Origin: Octopus sinensis
Lineage: Eukaryota
Reading direction: 5' to 3'
Assembly (NCBI RefSeq): GCF_006345805.1
Contig: NC_043004.1
Coordinates: forward strand, 100,750,001-100,814,000
DNA: 64,000 nucleotides
A model generated the notes under the pieces. It saw nothing but the letters and a program-made list of their open reading frames with translations. It was not told the origin of the DNA and ran no database searches. Shown here in pieces: positions 1 through 13,450 of this stretch. The translations under genes were made by a program, and so were the position numbers. How positions within the stretch are numbered: the first letter of the stretch is position 1; each line of letters opens with the position of its first letter.

Positions 1-575
1 CCGCACACATACAAATAGATAACACCACATGTATGAAAGAGTGTGAACAATCCAAGTGACGGTTGCTTGCAGTATTATTTATATATCACCAAAATGTTGA
101 ACTAATCCTCTCTCATAATGTAAAAGTGTTTACTACATCAAGTTTTCTTTAAGCCTGTTCTTGTCATTTTAAGTAAATATTGACAGTTAGCCCTGGAGTT
201 TTCAAACATTATAAAAAAACATAGGGAAGCCCTAGGTTCCACCAGAAGATGATGAGAAAGAAACCTGTGGGAGACTGACTTAACGTGTAGGAGTAGATGA
301 CATATCAGTTGACATGAATTAATTTTCTGTAAGCCTTCTTTTATGCGAATGTTATATCGTTAAGATATATATATGTATATCTATATACATATGTGTGTGT
401 TTGTAGGATATTTGTGCTGCGTGTGAATATATTGAATGTATGTATGTATGTCTGTGTGCATGTGTGCGTATATATATGTACACATACATATATAACACAA
501 GCATACATGAATACACATACATACATATAATTATATATTTGTATATATGTGTATATGTCAGTATTTGTGTGCGTG

Positions 576-616
<41 letters not shown>

Positions 617-791
617 ATACAGTTATACATAAACATGCGATGTTTATTGCCCTAGATATGCCGATCATCTGTAGTATATGAATTATGGAGTGTCAGTCTT
701 TCTCCAAGAATACAAGTTAAGGAATAATTCCATCCAGACGGGTTGATACGTAAATTCAAACACACACACATACACGCGTACAATGTATACA

Positions 792-827
<36 letters not shown>

Positions 828-851
828 TATATATATATATATATATATATA

Positions 852-1231
852 GGAGTGGCTGTGTGGTAAGTAGCTTGCTTATCAACCACATGGTTCCGGG
901 TTCACTCCCAATGCGTAGCACCTTGGGCAAGTGTCGTCTCCTATAGCCTCGGGCCGATCAAAGCCTTGTGAATGGATTTGATAGACGGAAACTGAAAGAA
1001 GCCTGTCGTGTATATATATATATGTGTGTGTGTTTGCCTCTCACCCACCATCGCTTGACAACCGATATTGGTGTGATTACGTCCTTGTAACTTAGCGGTT
1101 CGACAAAAGAAACAGATAGAATAAATACTAGGCTTACAAAGAATAGGTCCTGGTGTCGATTTGATCGACTAAAAGCGGTGCTTCTGCCTGGCCGCAGTCA
1201 AATTACTGAAACAAGTAAAAGAATAAAAGAA
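852..1231 (+). mobile_element. SINE family A (tRNA-like head GGAGTGGCTGTGTGGTAAG, CORE-like CACCTTGGGCAAGTG segment, internal TA/TG microsatellite, AGTAAAAGA tail)
   Basis: Same sequence recurs in reverse at 5869-6311 and 13623-14112 and forward at 27842-28230; pol III A/B-box-like head. Confidence 0.85.
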
Positions 1232-1304
1232 TATACATATATATATATATATCATGTTACTCCAATTCATTTTATTGTGTGAAGGCTTCTGACCTAGTAT
1301 CTAC

Positions 1305-1589
1305 GGTATTCGGCTCGCAATCGTTATGTGGTGAGTTCGATTCGCTGTGGCACATTATATCTGTTGAGCAAGACTTCATTTCACTTTACTCCAGTCCATT
1401 CAGCTGGCATACATGAGCTGTACCTGGATTTCAAAGGACCGGCCTAGTTACACTGAAACTCCCTGAGAACTAGGTTAAGGGTTCGCTTGTATGTGGAGTG
1501 CTCAGCCACTCGCACGTTAATTTCCCGAGCCGGCTGTTCCGTTGATCAGATCAAAGTGGAATCCTCGTCGTCATAACCAACGGAGTGCC
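1305..1589 (+). mobile_element. Diverged SINE: family-C 3' tail on a TTGAGCAAGAC...CCAGTCCATTCAGCTGG body
   Basis: 3' part matches the tail of 25676-26060; middle matches the body of 41651-41860. Confidence 0.7.
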
Positions 1590-1899
1590 AATTATCTATT
1601 GTTTTTAGTGTCAATCATTTGACCATAGCTGTAGTACTATTTTCGAGAGTTAAGAGGATTAAATCCACTCCAGTATTTGAAAGGTAATAATTTTGTGGAT
1701 TTTCTGGGAAATTTGGACTCGGAACGCAAAGTGATGTAAATGTATACTCGCAAATTACTTTTTTCGACTCACCAACAATTCTGTCATCCAATAATGAAAA
1801 CAGAAAACGTGTTTTGGGGTACCGCATTTGTAAATCGTCATCAATTGTCCATAGATGTCTGCTCTTGTATTGAAAGTTAAATCTCTAGTGATTAAACCT

Positions 1900-2590
1900 A
1901 TGAGATAGGAGGAAAAATTTTAATTCTACACTTCCGGTTAGTATAAGACAGCTACCCAGTAATTGGGTTGCTGTATAAGAACATAAAATTTCTTCGAGTG
2001 GTATTGACATTTAAGAATTCAGTAAATCATAAAACCACCTTTACAGTCAATATATCTAAATACTCGCTTTAATAGTGCAGCCTTTTAAATTCATATACGC
2101 GGTACTGGTTAAGGGAAATACATCTTCACCAGTCCTGTCAGTATTGTTGCTTCATTTAGATGTGTCGTTAACCTTGCGTCACTGTACAAACATGGATTAA
2201 TAGTTGGGGCTCTTCCATCAGTGTGATCCCGTAATATAGCACACCGGACGGCTTACAATAGAGTTGTTCACAGAATCTTTGAGATCTAAGACACCGATTA
2301 AAGATTTGTAAACAGATTCATCTCCATACAACAGCTGAATAATTTGTCGAGTTCACTTTAACGTCCTTGTTGGTTGAGGTAAATGTTGCCCTTTCACAGA
2401 AGCCCTTATGATTATCATACTTGTGATCAGTGTTGAGAAAGAGTGTCTTTTAGTTCTTCAACTGATGATGTGAAAATACTATCAACAACATGAACATTCC
2501 AACTTTGATCAGAGATAACAACTCCTTCAAATGCCAACAGTCTTGTAGTAAACTTCAGTGCTATAAGAGTCAATGTATTTTGGCACAAAA
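1900..2590 (-). pseudogene. Decayed Helitron/PIF1-like helicase fragment
   Basis: Hand translation across stops/frameshifts: SSVEELKD, GFCERATFTSTNKDV, GDESVYKS, PSGV, PCLYSDARL, NEATILTG-GEDVF, YEFKRL; same order as Helitron helicase motifs (WLCERAILAPKN..YKS..LCNGTRL..EATILTG..GEDV..FKRLQF). Confidence 0.6.
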
Positions 2591-3085
2591 GCTTGGTGCT
2601 TTGCATTTGTAACACAATAATGGTGTGAATGCACATGCATGTACAACGACATATAGAACGCAAACACAGACCTACACATACACACGCACACACACACACA
2701 CACACATACACATAAATTTCGTTTTCGATTTGGCTTTGTTGGCCCAAAGTTCAAAAGAAAAGATATATATATAAGGACATTCCAGAAGGAATGAGACACA
2801 TTTTTTCATACGTCGCATTTATTTATTTCAAAGAAGTACAAAACTCTAATCGCCTTCAAACTAGGGTCCTCTAACTTCAATGCACTTGTCGTCGTGTTCT
2901 AACCACATCGTGAAGACTCTGTGAATGTCCTCCAGAGTGAGATGGTCCAGAACCCTTGTCAAGGGGAACGAAAAAGCCCATTAATTAATGTAGATCTAGA
3001 CATCCAAATCGACATGAGGGTCATGATTGTAACGCCTTTGCTGGTAATACACTGTCCGCTCTGAACGGGGAAATACACTGAACTA

Positions 3086-3648
3086 CTGGGTTGTCCGGAA
3101 AGTTCGTGCCGATTTATAGTAGCTTACATTTCGACTTATTTTAGAACGTGATTGAGTCCATAAAATAGGATTTTACTACACCTCTATTTAGAGCACAGTT
3201 TAAGCTATTTTTTCGTGGAAGAAGTTTATGTTCCTAAAACCTGTGTTAATTCTGTAACCCTTTAAAATGGAAGATAAGAACGTTCATTTTCGGCACTTCA
3301 TGCTTTGGGAACAAAACAAAAATTGCTGCAGCTCGGCTGGGATGTGTTACCCCACCCTCCATATTCACCAGATATTTCTCCTTCGGATTTCCACTTATTC
3401 AGGTCTCTGCAGAATAGTCTTAATATTAAAAATTTCAATTCCTTGGATGACATAAAGACACCTTGAAGAATTCTTTGCCATGAAACCACCTCAATTCTGG
3501 GAAAAGGGTATTTTCAAGTTAAAGAAAGATGGAGACGCATTGTGCAACAAAATGATTTATATTTGGTTGATTAAAAATCTAATGGCAAGTATTTATTGAT
3601 CTTTTTTCTTTCCTTTAAAAATCGGCACGAACTTTCCGGACAACCCAA
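3086..3648 (+). mobile_element. Internally deleted mariner element
   Basis: TIRs (C/T)TGGGTTGTCCGGAAAGTTCGTGCCGATTT at both ends, TA at left; N-terminal MEDKNVHFRHFML and C-terminal EEFFAMKPPQFWEKGIFKL-ERWRRIVQQN remnants. Confidence 0.85.
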
Positions 3649-4102
3649 AATTTAGATCCTTCATAACAAATGGTTTAGTGACGGTCATGATTAGAACGCC
3701 TTCAATCAACAGAACTGAGCTGAAGCTAAAGAACATTATCGTCAACAACAACTATATCAACGTTAACAGCAACATAGAGCGAGAATGACAAAATATAAGA
3801 TATTTCGTTATCGTTTAAAGAGCAACGTACAAGATTTCTTTAAAATGTCTGAACTCGATAAACATGTTATTGAAATGGCAATTTGACAAGGAGCTGACAG
3901 GTAAGGTATCACGAATTACACTTCTCAGTCAAGGTGGTTGATCAGCATAATGCCTGGAATGTCAAATGCCAACTGCTTGTCATATTACAATAACCAAAGT
4001 CCTGTAGACTCACGCGTGCATACACGTACACACGCACGCATAAACGCACATATATATTATTTTCATATGCGTACTCATTTCCGTGTATGCGGGGGAATAT
4101 AT

Positions 4103-4144
<42 letters not shown>

Positions 4145-4162
4145 TACATACATATATATGTA

Positions 4163-4232
<70 letters not shown>

Positions 4233-5160
4233 TACATACATATATATGTATTATATGTATATATATATATATATATATAGATATGCGTATATGTATAAAT
4301 ATACATGTACATATTTATATACATATACATATATGTGAGTGTGTACATATATATAACTACGTGTAATACACACACACTCTCACACATAGACATGCTATTG
4401 TTCCAAACCAAATATTAAGGATTGAGAATGAAATATGATAAAGCATAAAAAATCATTTTACAAAGGGTAAGTCGTCACCTTTATGGCACGCAAAAGTAAG
4501 TAAGCGGTTAGCGCTGAAATGACGCACAACAACATGTATTCGTGTTGGTCTTTCTTGACACACATATTCAAATGACATACCCCGATGGCCAGAACGCTTC
4601 CCCGGAGTAATAATCCAGTGAGTGTATAGACAGGAGGTCAGTTATGTAAGTGATTTAAGGTAGAATGCTTAGTTGCAATATATGCGATAGCAAATGCCGC
4701 TTGAGAGCCTTCATGTTCAGAGGAAACAAAAAGGCTAAAAGGAAAAGGAAGGGACAAAAAGGAGTAGAGATAAAAGTTTTCCTAAGAGTTGAAACCGGTG
4801 CCTTTAGCTACCGCTAATTGTAGAGTATCACCTGACGCAGTACCAGATTAATCCATAGCAAAATCAAACGAAATGGCTTTATTATCAATGTAACTTTCAC
4901 GAAGAGTTTATAACGCGAAAATGGGGGGTTTTTTGCCCAGTATTGAACCAGTTAGTGCTTACCAACATAGATATCACTCCATCGTTTCACGGTGAGTGCA
5001 AGGAAGAGATAGGGAAGTTGTTGGATACCATCTGAATCTTTTTAGCAATGCAGCAATTCAGAATTTCATGAGGATGAAAGAAATATATTTCCTCTGGTGT
5101 TTTTATTAAGATAGGGATGTCTATAATCTCAATATCTATAACCTCAATATGTTATTAATA

Positions 5161-5355
5161 GGGTGGCGAGCTAGGAAAAAATGCTTCATAGTATTTCATC
5201 CGCCCTTAAGTTCTGAGTCCAAATTCCGCTGAGTTAGACTTTGTCTTTCATTATTTCGGTGTCTATAAAATAAGTACCAGTTGAACACTAGGGTTGATGC
5301 AATCGACTAGGCCCCCAGCCCCGAAATTACAGACCCTGTAATAAAATTTGAAACC
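5161..5355 (+). mobile_element. Diverged SINE family B
   Basis: GGCGAGCT head; TTCTGAGTCCAAATTCCGCTGAG and AAGTACCAGTT match 11559-11776. Confidence 0.7.
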
Positions 5356-5868
5356 GATATGTATTATACACGCTGAGGAGCATGTATATGTTCAGCAATG
5401 ACGTGATAATCTTCCAGCTGAACAATAAACTCTTCATTAGACTACAGTCGTGTGTTTCTGAATACATCAGACAATTAAATGAGACATACCCTACTTAATA
5501 AGAATTAAGACATTATAAAACAATAACGTATTTGTGTTTCTGGGTCCATGGTGCAATCTGCACTCGATGAAGCGTGTGCGGTGCTTTGGTGCGTGACTAA
5601 GAAATAAATGGAAACAAATGTGCTTAAATATATAAAAAAAAGCATAATACAGTGAAAGACTGTTGTATAAAACAATGGAAACTTCGCAAATGAAATTATG
5701 CTTTTCAAGCTAAAAAACATTATTCAGTTCAATGACAATTACGGTATTTCATATCTTATTACTTGCGAACACTCCTGTGTATATGTGTGTGTGTGTGTAT
5801 ATGTGTGTGCGCGTGTGTGTGTATATGTAAGTATGTATGCATGTATGTATATATATATATATATATAT

Positions 5869-6086
5869 TCTCTTTTATTTACTTTTACTTGTTTCAGTCA
5901 TTTGACTGCGGTCATGCTGGAGCACGAGCACTGCCTTTAGTTGAGTAAATCGATCCCAGGACTTATTCTTTGGAAGCCTAGTACTTATTCTATCGGTCTC
6001 TTTTGCTGAACCGCTAAGTTACGGGGACGTAAACATATCACCATTGGTTGTCAAGCGATGTTGGTGGGACAAACAGAGGCACACAA

Positions 6087-6123
<37 letters not shown>

Positions 6124-6311
6124 ACACACACATATCTATATATATGCATATATACAACGGGATTCTTTCAGTTTCCGTCTACCAAATCCACTCACAAGGC
6201 TTTGGTCGGCCCGAGGCTATAGTTGAAGACACTTGCCGAAAGTGCCGCGCAGTGGGAATGAACCCGGAACCATGTGGCTGGTAAGCAAGCTACTTACAAC
6301 ACAGCCACTCC
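5869..6311 (-). mobile_element. SINE family A
   Basis: Reverse complement of 852-1231, with an internal (CA)n. Confidence 0.85.
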
Positions 6312-6789
6312 TGCGCTTGTGTGGGGCGCCACGTCGAAAACCGTACAGTAGTAGGGACCTAAACCGGTCTTTAGCCACTGGATCCTATAAATGAGCTGTT
6401 GGGGTAGTGAACCAGGAAACATGGCTGGAATTCCTCCCTACTTCTTATTTCCACCCTCAATCATGAACGTAAGATATGTTCAAGAAGATTCTTCTTGAAC
6501 ATATTAATTCTAATAAGAATGATAATAATAATAACAATCTTTTCAACTAAAGGCACAAGGCCTGAAATTTGTGGGGAGAGGAAATAATAATAATAATAAT
6601 AATAATAGTGATAGTCTCAAATATTGGCACAGGGCCAGCCATTTCGCAAGAGGTAATAAATCAATTACGTTAACTCTAGTGCACAACTGGCATTTATTTC
6701 ATCAACTCCAATTGTGCCAATTCGTCGCTTTCAGAATTATTTCTACTACAGGCACACGTTGTGAAAGTTTTGACAGAAAGTTCTACTCG

Positions 6790-6900
6790 ATTACATCACC
6801 CGCAGTGCTCAGTTGGTATTTATATTAATGAACCCGAAAGGATGAAAGACAAAGACGACCTCAGCGGAATTTGAACTCAGAACGTAAGGGAGAGGCAAAG
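6790..6900 (-). mobile_element. SINE family B fragment
   Basis: CCCGAAAGGATGAAAG..GACCTCAGCGGAATTTGAACTCAGAACG. Confidence 0.7.
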
Positions 6901-7009
6901 TATTTTACCGACGCTGTAATGGTTCTACCAAATGATATATGTATGCGTGGTATGCATTGTGCGTACGCATGTATGTTTGTTTATATATATATATATATTT
7001 TTTGCATTT

Positions 7010-7926
7010 TTGCATTTTTGAGTTTGTTGGCACTGTCAGTTTCGAGCAGATCTTCAGAAGCGATAAGAAGCCGAAAGGGTATGCTCCCACTTTCAGTGTT
7101 TTCAAATCCAAACCAGGGAGTTCTGAGCTGATGATAGAAATGTCGAGTTTGACTAATCTTGAAACGTACGTTCTCAAATAACCTTTGCATTTGATTTTTT
7201 AATGTCTCTACCCCCATACTTCCGTGAGTTGAATTGAGCAAACACTATATGAGAGAGGTTTTCTTTAAGTATTAGAAATAGTTTTAAAAAAGTTTTTTTT
7301 AGCTGCTATTTCTAATGAGTTCAGTATGCGGCAAAGTAATTTATTTTACTAAGCCCTTTTATATAATGTAATAATTTGAATTCGCCTTAAATGGTCCCTT
7401 TGCATACTGAATACTTGGTGAAATTGATTAATTAATTAATTTTACCCTCAATTGTTGAAATTATAATGCATCTCTCTCTATATAATGCCTCGGATTTTAC
7501 CGAAAAAAGCATAGTGTTTACTGATTTTAACCCACGCTGGTGGAAAGGGGAGAGCAGAAATTCTTCGCTTGCATTTTTGAGTTTGTTGGCACTGTCAGTT
7601 TCGAGCAGATCTTCAGAAGCGATAAGAAGCCGAAAGGGTATGCTCCCACTTTCAGTGTTTTCAAATCCAAACCAGGGAGTTCTGAGCTGATGATAGAAAT
7701 GTCGAGTTTGACTAATCTTGAAACGTACGTTCTCAAATAACCTTTGCATTTGATTTTTTAATGTCTCTACCCCCATACTTCCGTGAGTTGAATTGAGCAA
7801 ACACTATATGAGAGAGGTTTTCTTTAAGTATTAGAAATAGTTTTAGAAAAGTTTTTTTTGGCTGCTATTTCTAATGAGTTCAGTATGCGGCAAAGTAATT
7901 TATTTTACTAAGCCCTTTTATATAAT
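7010..7926. repeat. Partial-tandem insert: ~358-bp direct repeat (7010-7367 = 7569-7926) between (TA)n tracts; possibly PLE pseudo-LTR
   Basis: Near-identical copies offset by 559 bp; duplicated peptides visible in the ORF track. Confidence 0.85.
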
Positions 7927-8149
7927 ATATATATATATATATATATGTCTATCTATCTCCACCTCTCCCTCCCTTGCTCTCTCTCCTCTCCCCTTCTCTC
8001 TCTCACTGTATGTATATATATATATTATATATATATACACACAAAAGGTATGTATATTCATTATATTTATATCAGTATATTCAGACGTTCATAGACGCAC
8101 ACATATACACACGTACACACATTTACACATATGTTATTATATGTATATG

Positions 8150-8229
8150 TGCGCATGTTATCATCATTATCAGCAGCAGCAGCATCATTATTATTATTAT
8201 CGTTATTACTATTATTATCATCATCATCA

Positions 8230-8287
<58 letters not shown>

Positions 8288-8309
8288 CGTTATTATCATT
8301 ATTATTATG

Positions 8310-8342
<33 letters not shown>

Positions 8343-8403
8343 TTTATTATTATTATTATTATCGTTATTATCATTATTATTATTATTACTATTATTATTA
8401 TCA

Positions 8404-8440
<37 letters not shown>

Positions 8441-8525
8441 TATTATTATTATTATTATCGTTATTATCATTATTATTATCATTATTATTATTATTATTAT
8501 TATTATCATCATCATCATCATCATA

Positions 8526-8556
<31 letters not shown>

Positions 8557-8584
8557 CATTATTATTATTATTATTATTATCATT

Positions 8585-8615
<31 letters not shown>

Positions 8616-8660
8616 CATCATCATCATTATTATTATTAGCATTATTATTATTAATATCAT
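8150..8660. repeat. (TAT)n/(CAT)n microsatellite
   Basis: Directly visible. Confidence 0.95.
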
Positions 8661-9490
8661 TATTATATACATACGTACAAATACTTGCGCATATATAGAG
8701 AGCGATAGAGGAACAGACGTATGCGAAACAGTGGGAGTTTATTAAGTTTATGTGTTTATTAAGACTCAAAGACAAATACATAGAGCTGCGCGTGCGCGCG
8801 TACACACACACACACATACTCACACAAAAGGAAGCCTATATAAATAGACGTGAGATAGTTAGAGAAGATCAGAGTATGGTGTTCTTATTTAAAGAAAGAC
8901 GTATAGCTTAGAATATATAAGCTGGCAACTTAAACAAAATGCGACACATTGAAAATAAAGCCGCAATGTTTTCTACCTGCTCTGCTCGTTGTTTGTTATT
9001 GATTTGATTTTATTCCTGGATTATTAATGAGATTAAATATAGGATTGTATTGGATTAACTTTGTTTTTCCAGCAAAACTGTGGGTTTTCCAGTTGGAACA
9101 GATCGCTCCTTAAATGGAAGAAAATCTTCTTTGCAGCAGCAGAAGCGGTCGTCTTTTATTGTTGTAGACACCAGAGAGAATCTTAAAACTGCAGGCAAAA
9201 GAGACTTACTCCGGGACTTGGTTTCGATCTAGCTTGGTGCCGTTACGCTTCGTTAATGTTTCGTGTGTCTCCATTGCAACAGAGGAGAGATGGGGGGGGA
9301 GGAGAAGAGAGAAAAAAAGGGAGAGAAAATTAGAGGGAGAGAATGTGGGGGGAGATAGATTTTATGTTTGAGTTAACTTCCTGCAGTTAAGCTCTATAAA
9401 ACATTGAGCCTTTCAGTTTAGTTTAACATGATACACTAATTCGGTACTCAAACACTATTCGCTTTCTATCTCAGTTTCTCTTTCTCTCTC

Positions 9491-9527
<37 letters not shown>

Positions 9528-9633
9528 ATCTATCTATCTATCTGTCTATCTATCTATCTGTCTCACACACACACTCACACATTATTTATAGATATACATG
9601 CGCACTCATATGAGTATATATATATATATATAT

Positions 9634-9825
9634 GTAATACTAAGCAATAAGGGTTTAGCAACGAGTTGCCTTACCACATACCGAATTTAGAAATAGCAGT
9701 CAAAGGGTTATAGCTATTTCTTCTACTAAAAAGGGAGAAGAAATAGCTATAACCCTTGACTGCTATTTCTAAATTCGGTATGTGGTAAGGCAACTCGTTG
9801 CTAAACCCTTATTGCTTAGTATTAC
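9634..9825. repeat. Near-perfect ~91-bp-arm inverted repeat
   Basis: 9634-9724 pairs with 9736-9825 (one 1-nt indel), 11-nt loop; abuts (TA)n. Confidence 0.92.
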
Positions 9826-9991
9826 TTAAATTTTCCTCGAATGAGGCTTTTACATGCCGAAGACTACTTGGTGTATTGATAATTTTTCCAAATTAATTAA
9901 TTTCACCCTTCATTATTACGGATATATATATATATGTATACACACACACTATATATATATATACATATATATGTATACTTACATTTATATA

Positions 9992-10041
<50 letters not shown>

Positions 10042-10208
10042 CATACATACACACACATACATATATATACAAGCATTTATGTATGTGTACGTTCGCGCAC
10101 GTGCCGTATTACATTTGTGTGTATATGTGTGTGTGTGTGTGTGTGCGTGCGTGTGTGTGTGTGTGTGAGTGTGTGTGTGTGTGTTAATGTATGTGTGTGT
10201 GTGTGTGT

Positions 10209-10249
<41 letters not shown>

Positions 10250-10523
10250 TGTGTGAATCAGTATGTGTCTCTATATATATTTCAGTCGACATTATGTTGA
10301 AGCGAAAAAGCAAAGTAACGATAAAAAAACAAACAAAAAAAAACACACACAGAGACACAATGAAGAAATATTGTTAAAAACAGAAATTTACTTATCACAC
10401 CAATTCTGAACATGTTTTAATTAGAGAAATTATACTCGCAAAATAACAGAACCAAAACGAAATAAAGGAAGTCGTACGATATTACATGCATCAAGCACAA
10501 CAAATATTTATACACACACACAC

Positions 10524-10595
<72 letters not shown>

Positions 10596-11558
10596 TATGT
10601 ATACTTACATTTATATATATTTATATATATATATATATACACACTTACATACATTCGTATATATATATATATGTATGTAAGTATATAAAACCATATAATA
10701 TATCTGTCTCGATAATGCTGGATTATTTTTTTTATATATTTAATATGATGTAATATCTATAGATAATATATATAATATTTTCATCAAGTAATAAGAGTTG
10801 ACATCTGGATTCAGCTAGAACATTGTAACTGCATATACAATGCTTCAATGTGACTTATATTGTTTTCTATTTGTTTCGTATTAATTTCTGGTGAGATTTT
10901 TATACTCACTGCAATAAATATGTTAACATTTCTTTTTATTGTGAATGGCGTCTCTGAATTATTTATTGAATTTTCATTTCCTATCTCAAGAACAGCACAA
11001 TCTTGTATAAAAATTATGTAATGCTTCTTTCATGGAAGTTTCTGTAAATGTCAGGGAAGACTATATATCGTTTAGGATTTCCAGAATTAGGTCGAAACTT
11101 GCAGTGATTTGTTTCTCTTTCATGTTGAAAAATCGAACAGATGTTATTTCCTCGATGCAGTTCTGTCTAGTTTCCTTTGTAATGAACTCGCCACAAAAAA
11201 TGTCAACACGAACTTAACGTGCATTGTCGGAGTTTCACACATGGAGTTTTTCAATTCATCTACGTCTGTTATATCATCCAAGAACAAGTTACACTCGAAG
11301 GCAGTTCAAATCCTGGTGATTCAATCTGTCAAAAACAACAACAAAAAAACGGTGTTAAAACAAACAGAACCAATCTTTTTTCCCTCTTTCTTTCTCTCTC
11401 TCTCTCTCTCTCTCCTCTTCCCTTCTCTCTCGTTTTCCCTCCCCCTCTGTCTTTTTCCCTCTCTTGCACATACACACACACACACACTTACACTCAGAGA
11501 CTCACTCACAAACACACACCATCGCACACACTGAATTATTTTATCTGAAAGATATAAA

Positions 11559-11776
11559 GGCGGTGAGCTGGCAGAATCGTTAACACGCCGGGCAAAATGC
11601 TTAGCGGTATTTCGGCTGCCGTTACGTTCTGAGTTCAAATTCCACCGAGGTCGACTTTGCCTTTCATCTTTTCGAGGTCGATAAATGAAGTACCAGTTCA
11701 GTACTGGGGTCATTGTGATCGACTTACCCCTTCCCCCAAAATGTCAGGCCTTGTACCTATAGTAGAAAAGGTTATT
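11559..11776 (+). mobile_element. SINE family B (head GGCGGTGAGCTGGCAGAATCG)
   Basis: tRNA-like head, B-box-like GAGTTCAAATTCC; several copies in window. Confidence 0.85.
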
Positions 11777-12049
11777 TGAAAGATACGTGTCCGAAGAAGT
11801 TCTTCGATTTTTCTGTTGCAGCGGTTTAAAATAAGAACAAGCAATGTGTAATTATTAAGAAATAAAAGAATGAAAGAACAAAAATAAAAATCCCGAGATT
11901 ATACTATATTTGTCTTACTCAAAGATGGATTTATGTTCTCGTTGCTAATAATGGAAAAGATGTTCACATCTGCAGAGCAGCAAACCTCTAGGACTGTTCG
12001 TGATCTTTCTTTTCAGTCTCAAAACAATAATCTTTTCTACTCTAGACAC

Positions 12050-12431
12050 ACAAATTTTAAGGGGAGGGGCTAGTCGATTAGATCGACCCCAGTACACAAT
12101 TTATCAACCCCAGTACACAATTTATCGACTCCGAAAGGATGAAAAGCAAAGTCAACTTCGGCGAAATTTGAACTCTGAACGTAACAGCAGGCGAAATACC
12201 TATTTCTTTCCTACCCACAAGGGGCTAAACACGGAGAGGACAAACAAGGACAGACAAACGGATTAAGTCGAGCACATCAACCCCAGTGCGTAACTGGTAC
12301 TTATTTAATCGACCCCGAAAGGATGAAAGGCAAAGTCGACCTCGGCGGAATTTGAACTCAAAACGTAACGGCAGACGAAATACGGCTACGCATTTCGTCC
12401 GGCGTGCTAACGTTTCTGCCAGCTCGCCGTC
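12050..12431 (-). mobile_element. SINE family B: full copy 12199-12431 plus adjacent partial copy
   Basis: Reverse complement of 23761-23993. Confidence 0.85.
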
Positions 12432-12479
12432 TTAGTCACAAATAATAATATCAGGCAGGTTATGTTTGCACTTGGTAGA

Positions 12480-13450
12480 AGTTTCTAAAATTCTTTATGC
12501 TGATATGTATGTATTCAATAGGATCGGTGTTGTTTGCATTTATTCCAGGGTATTATTTTCTATGCATAACATTGTTTACTGTTTCAGCAACATGTTACTA
12601 TGGGAGGTTGTACCAGGATGACATTTGGGGGCAGATACTGACTGCATGTGTCATCTCCTCCATTAAAAAAACCACTTAATCGACATTTACGGTTGCATCT
12701 AGGGAGTTTAAGTGTCAACGTTTGTTCATTAGATATTTCGGAGCTATCTCCTGTGGATTGCAAAAGCATAACCTTCGAGATGTGACATTGTGTAAATGGT
12801 CACCAGTCCAAATGAAGCTACTCTTCATGCCAGTATTATCATCCGTCTCAAGCTTACAGGAAACATACCTACGTATAACCATTTTGTGGCTTATAGAATA
12901 ATACTCTTCTTACTCTGTTGAGTTTTACTAGTCCTGTACCGCTGAGTTCACATTGGCAGTCATTAGGAAGTAAGCGCTTCTTGGGAAGTTTACAATCAAC
13001 CCGCTGGATGTTGCTTACAATTTTTGAGCACTCAGTTGATATTTTTCTTTTTTTATCTTTGTTTTGTAGATGTCTGAGCGATATTAATCGCTATCCAAAG
13101 GCTGCCTGCTCTAATCTTAAGCTTCTACCTCATTTTTTTTTTTTATCTGTGATAGAACCTGTTTCTGAAGAAGTTTACTGTTGATGTCGAGATCTTCTGA
13201 GTTTTATCGTTTTACGGAGCAGATTTCGTTATAGTCCTGTCTAGTATTCCAAATGCTCATATCAGCACTGGTACGGTGAGTTGTGGGATATTATCTTGTT
13301 GAAAGAAAAAAGCTTTGGCAGCCATATTTATTTTTAGTCTAGCGTAATATTTTTAGGCGACTTAACCTTTCTTCGCAGGACATTCGTATGATATATATTT
13401 TGTCAATAGGTACTTGTAAGTCTCATTTTGGGGGACAGTGGAGACAGGAA
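12480..13450 (-). pseudogene. Decayed RLE-type non-LTR retrotransposon (R4/Dong-like), post-RT region and CCHC knuckle
   Basis: Fragments QNETYKYL, TVPVLI*AFGILD, KTQKISTSTVNFFRN, EQAAFG*RLISLRHL, KCRLSGFF, ICPQMSSWYNLP, in the expected order. Confidence 0.65.

Noticed and set aside
6474-6504. 14-bp hairpin
   Set aside because: Too short and isolated to assign a function; bacterial-type terminators are not relevant here.
7020-7065. CTGAAGA TCTGCTC GAAAC TGACAGT G hammerhead-like string (minus)
   Set aside because: No stem II, G at position 17, no stem I.
7432-7800. 122-aa ORF and its duplicate at 6981-7241 as a host gene
   Set aside because: Lies within a duplicated insert, overlapping frames are equally open, and no motif is recognisable.
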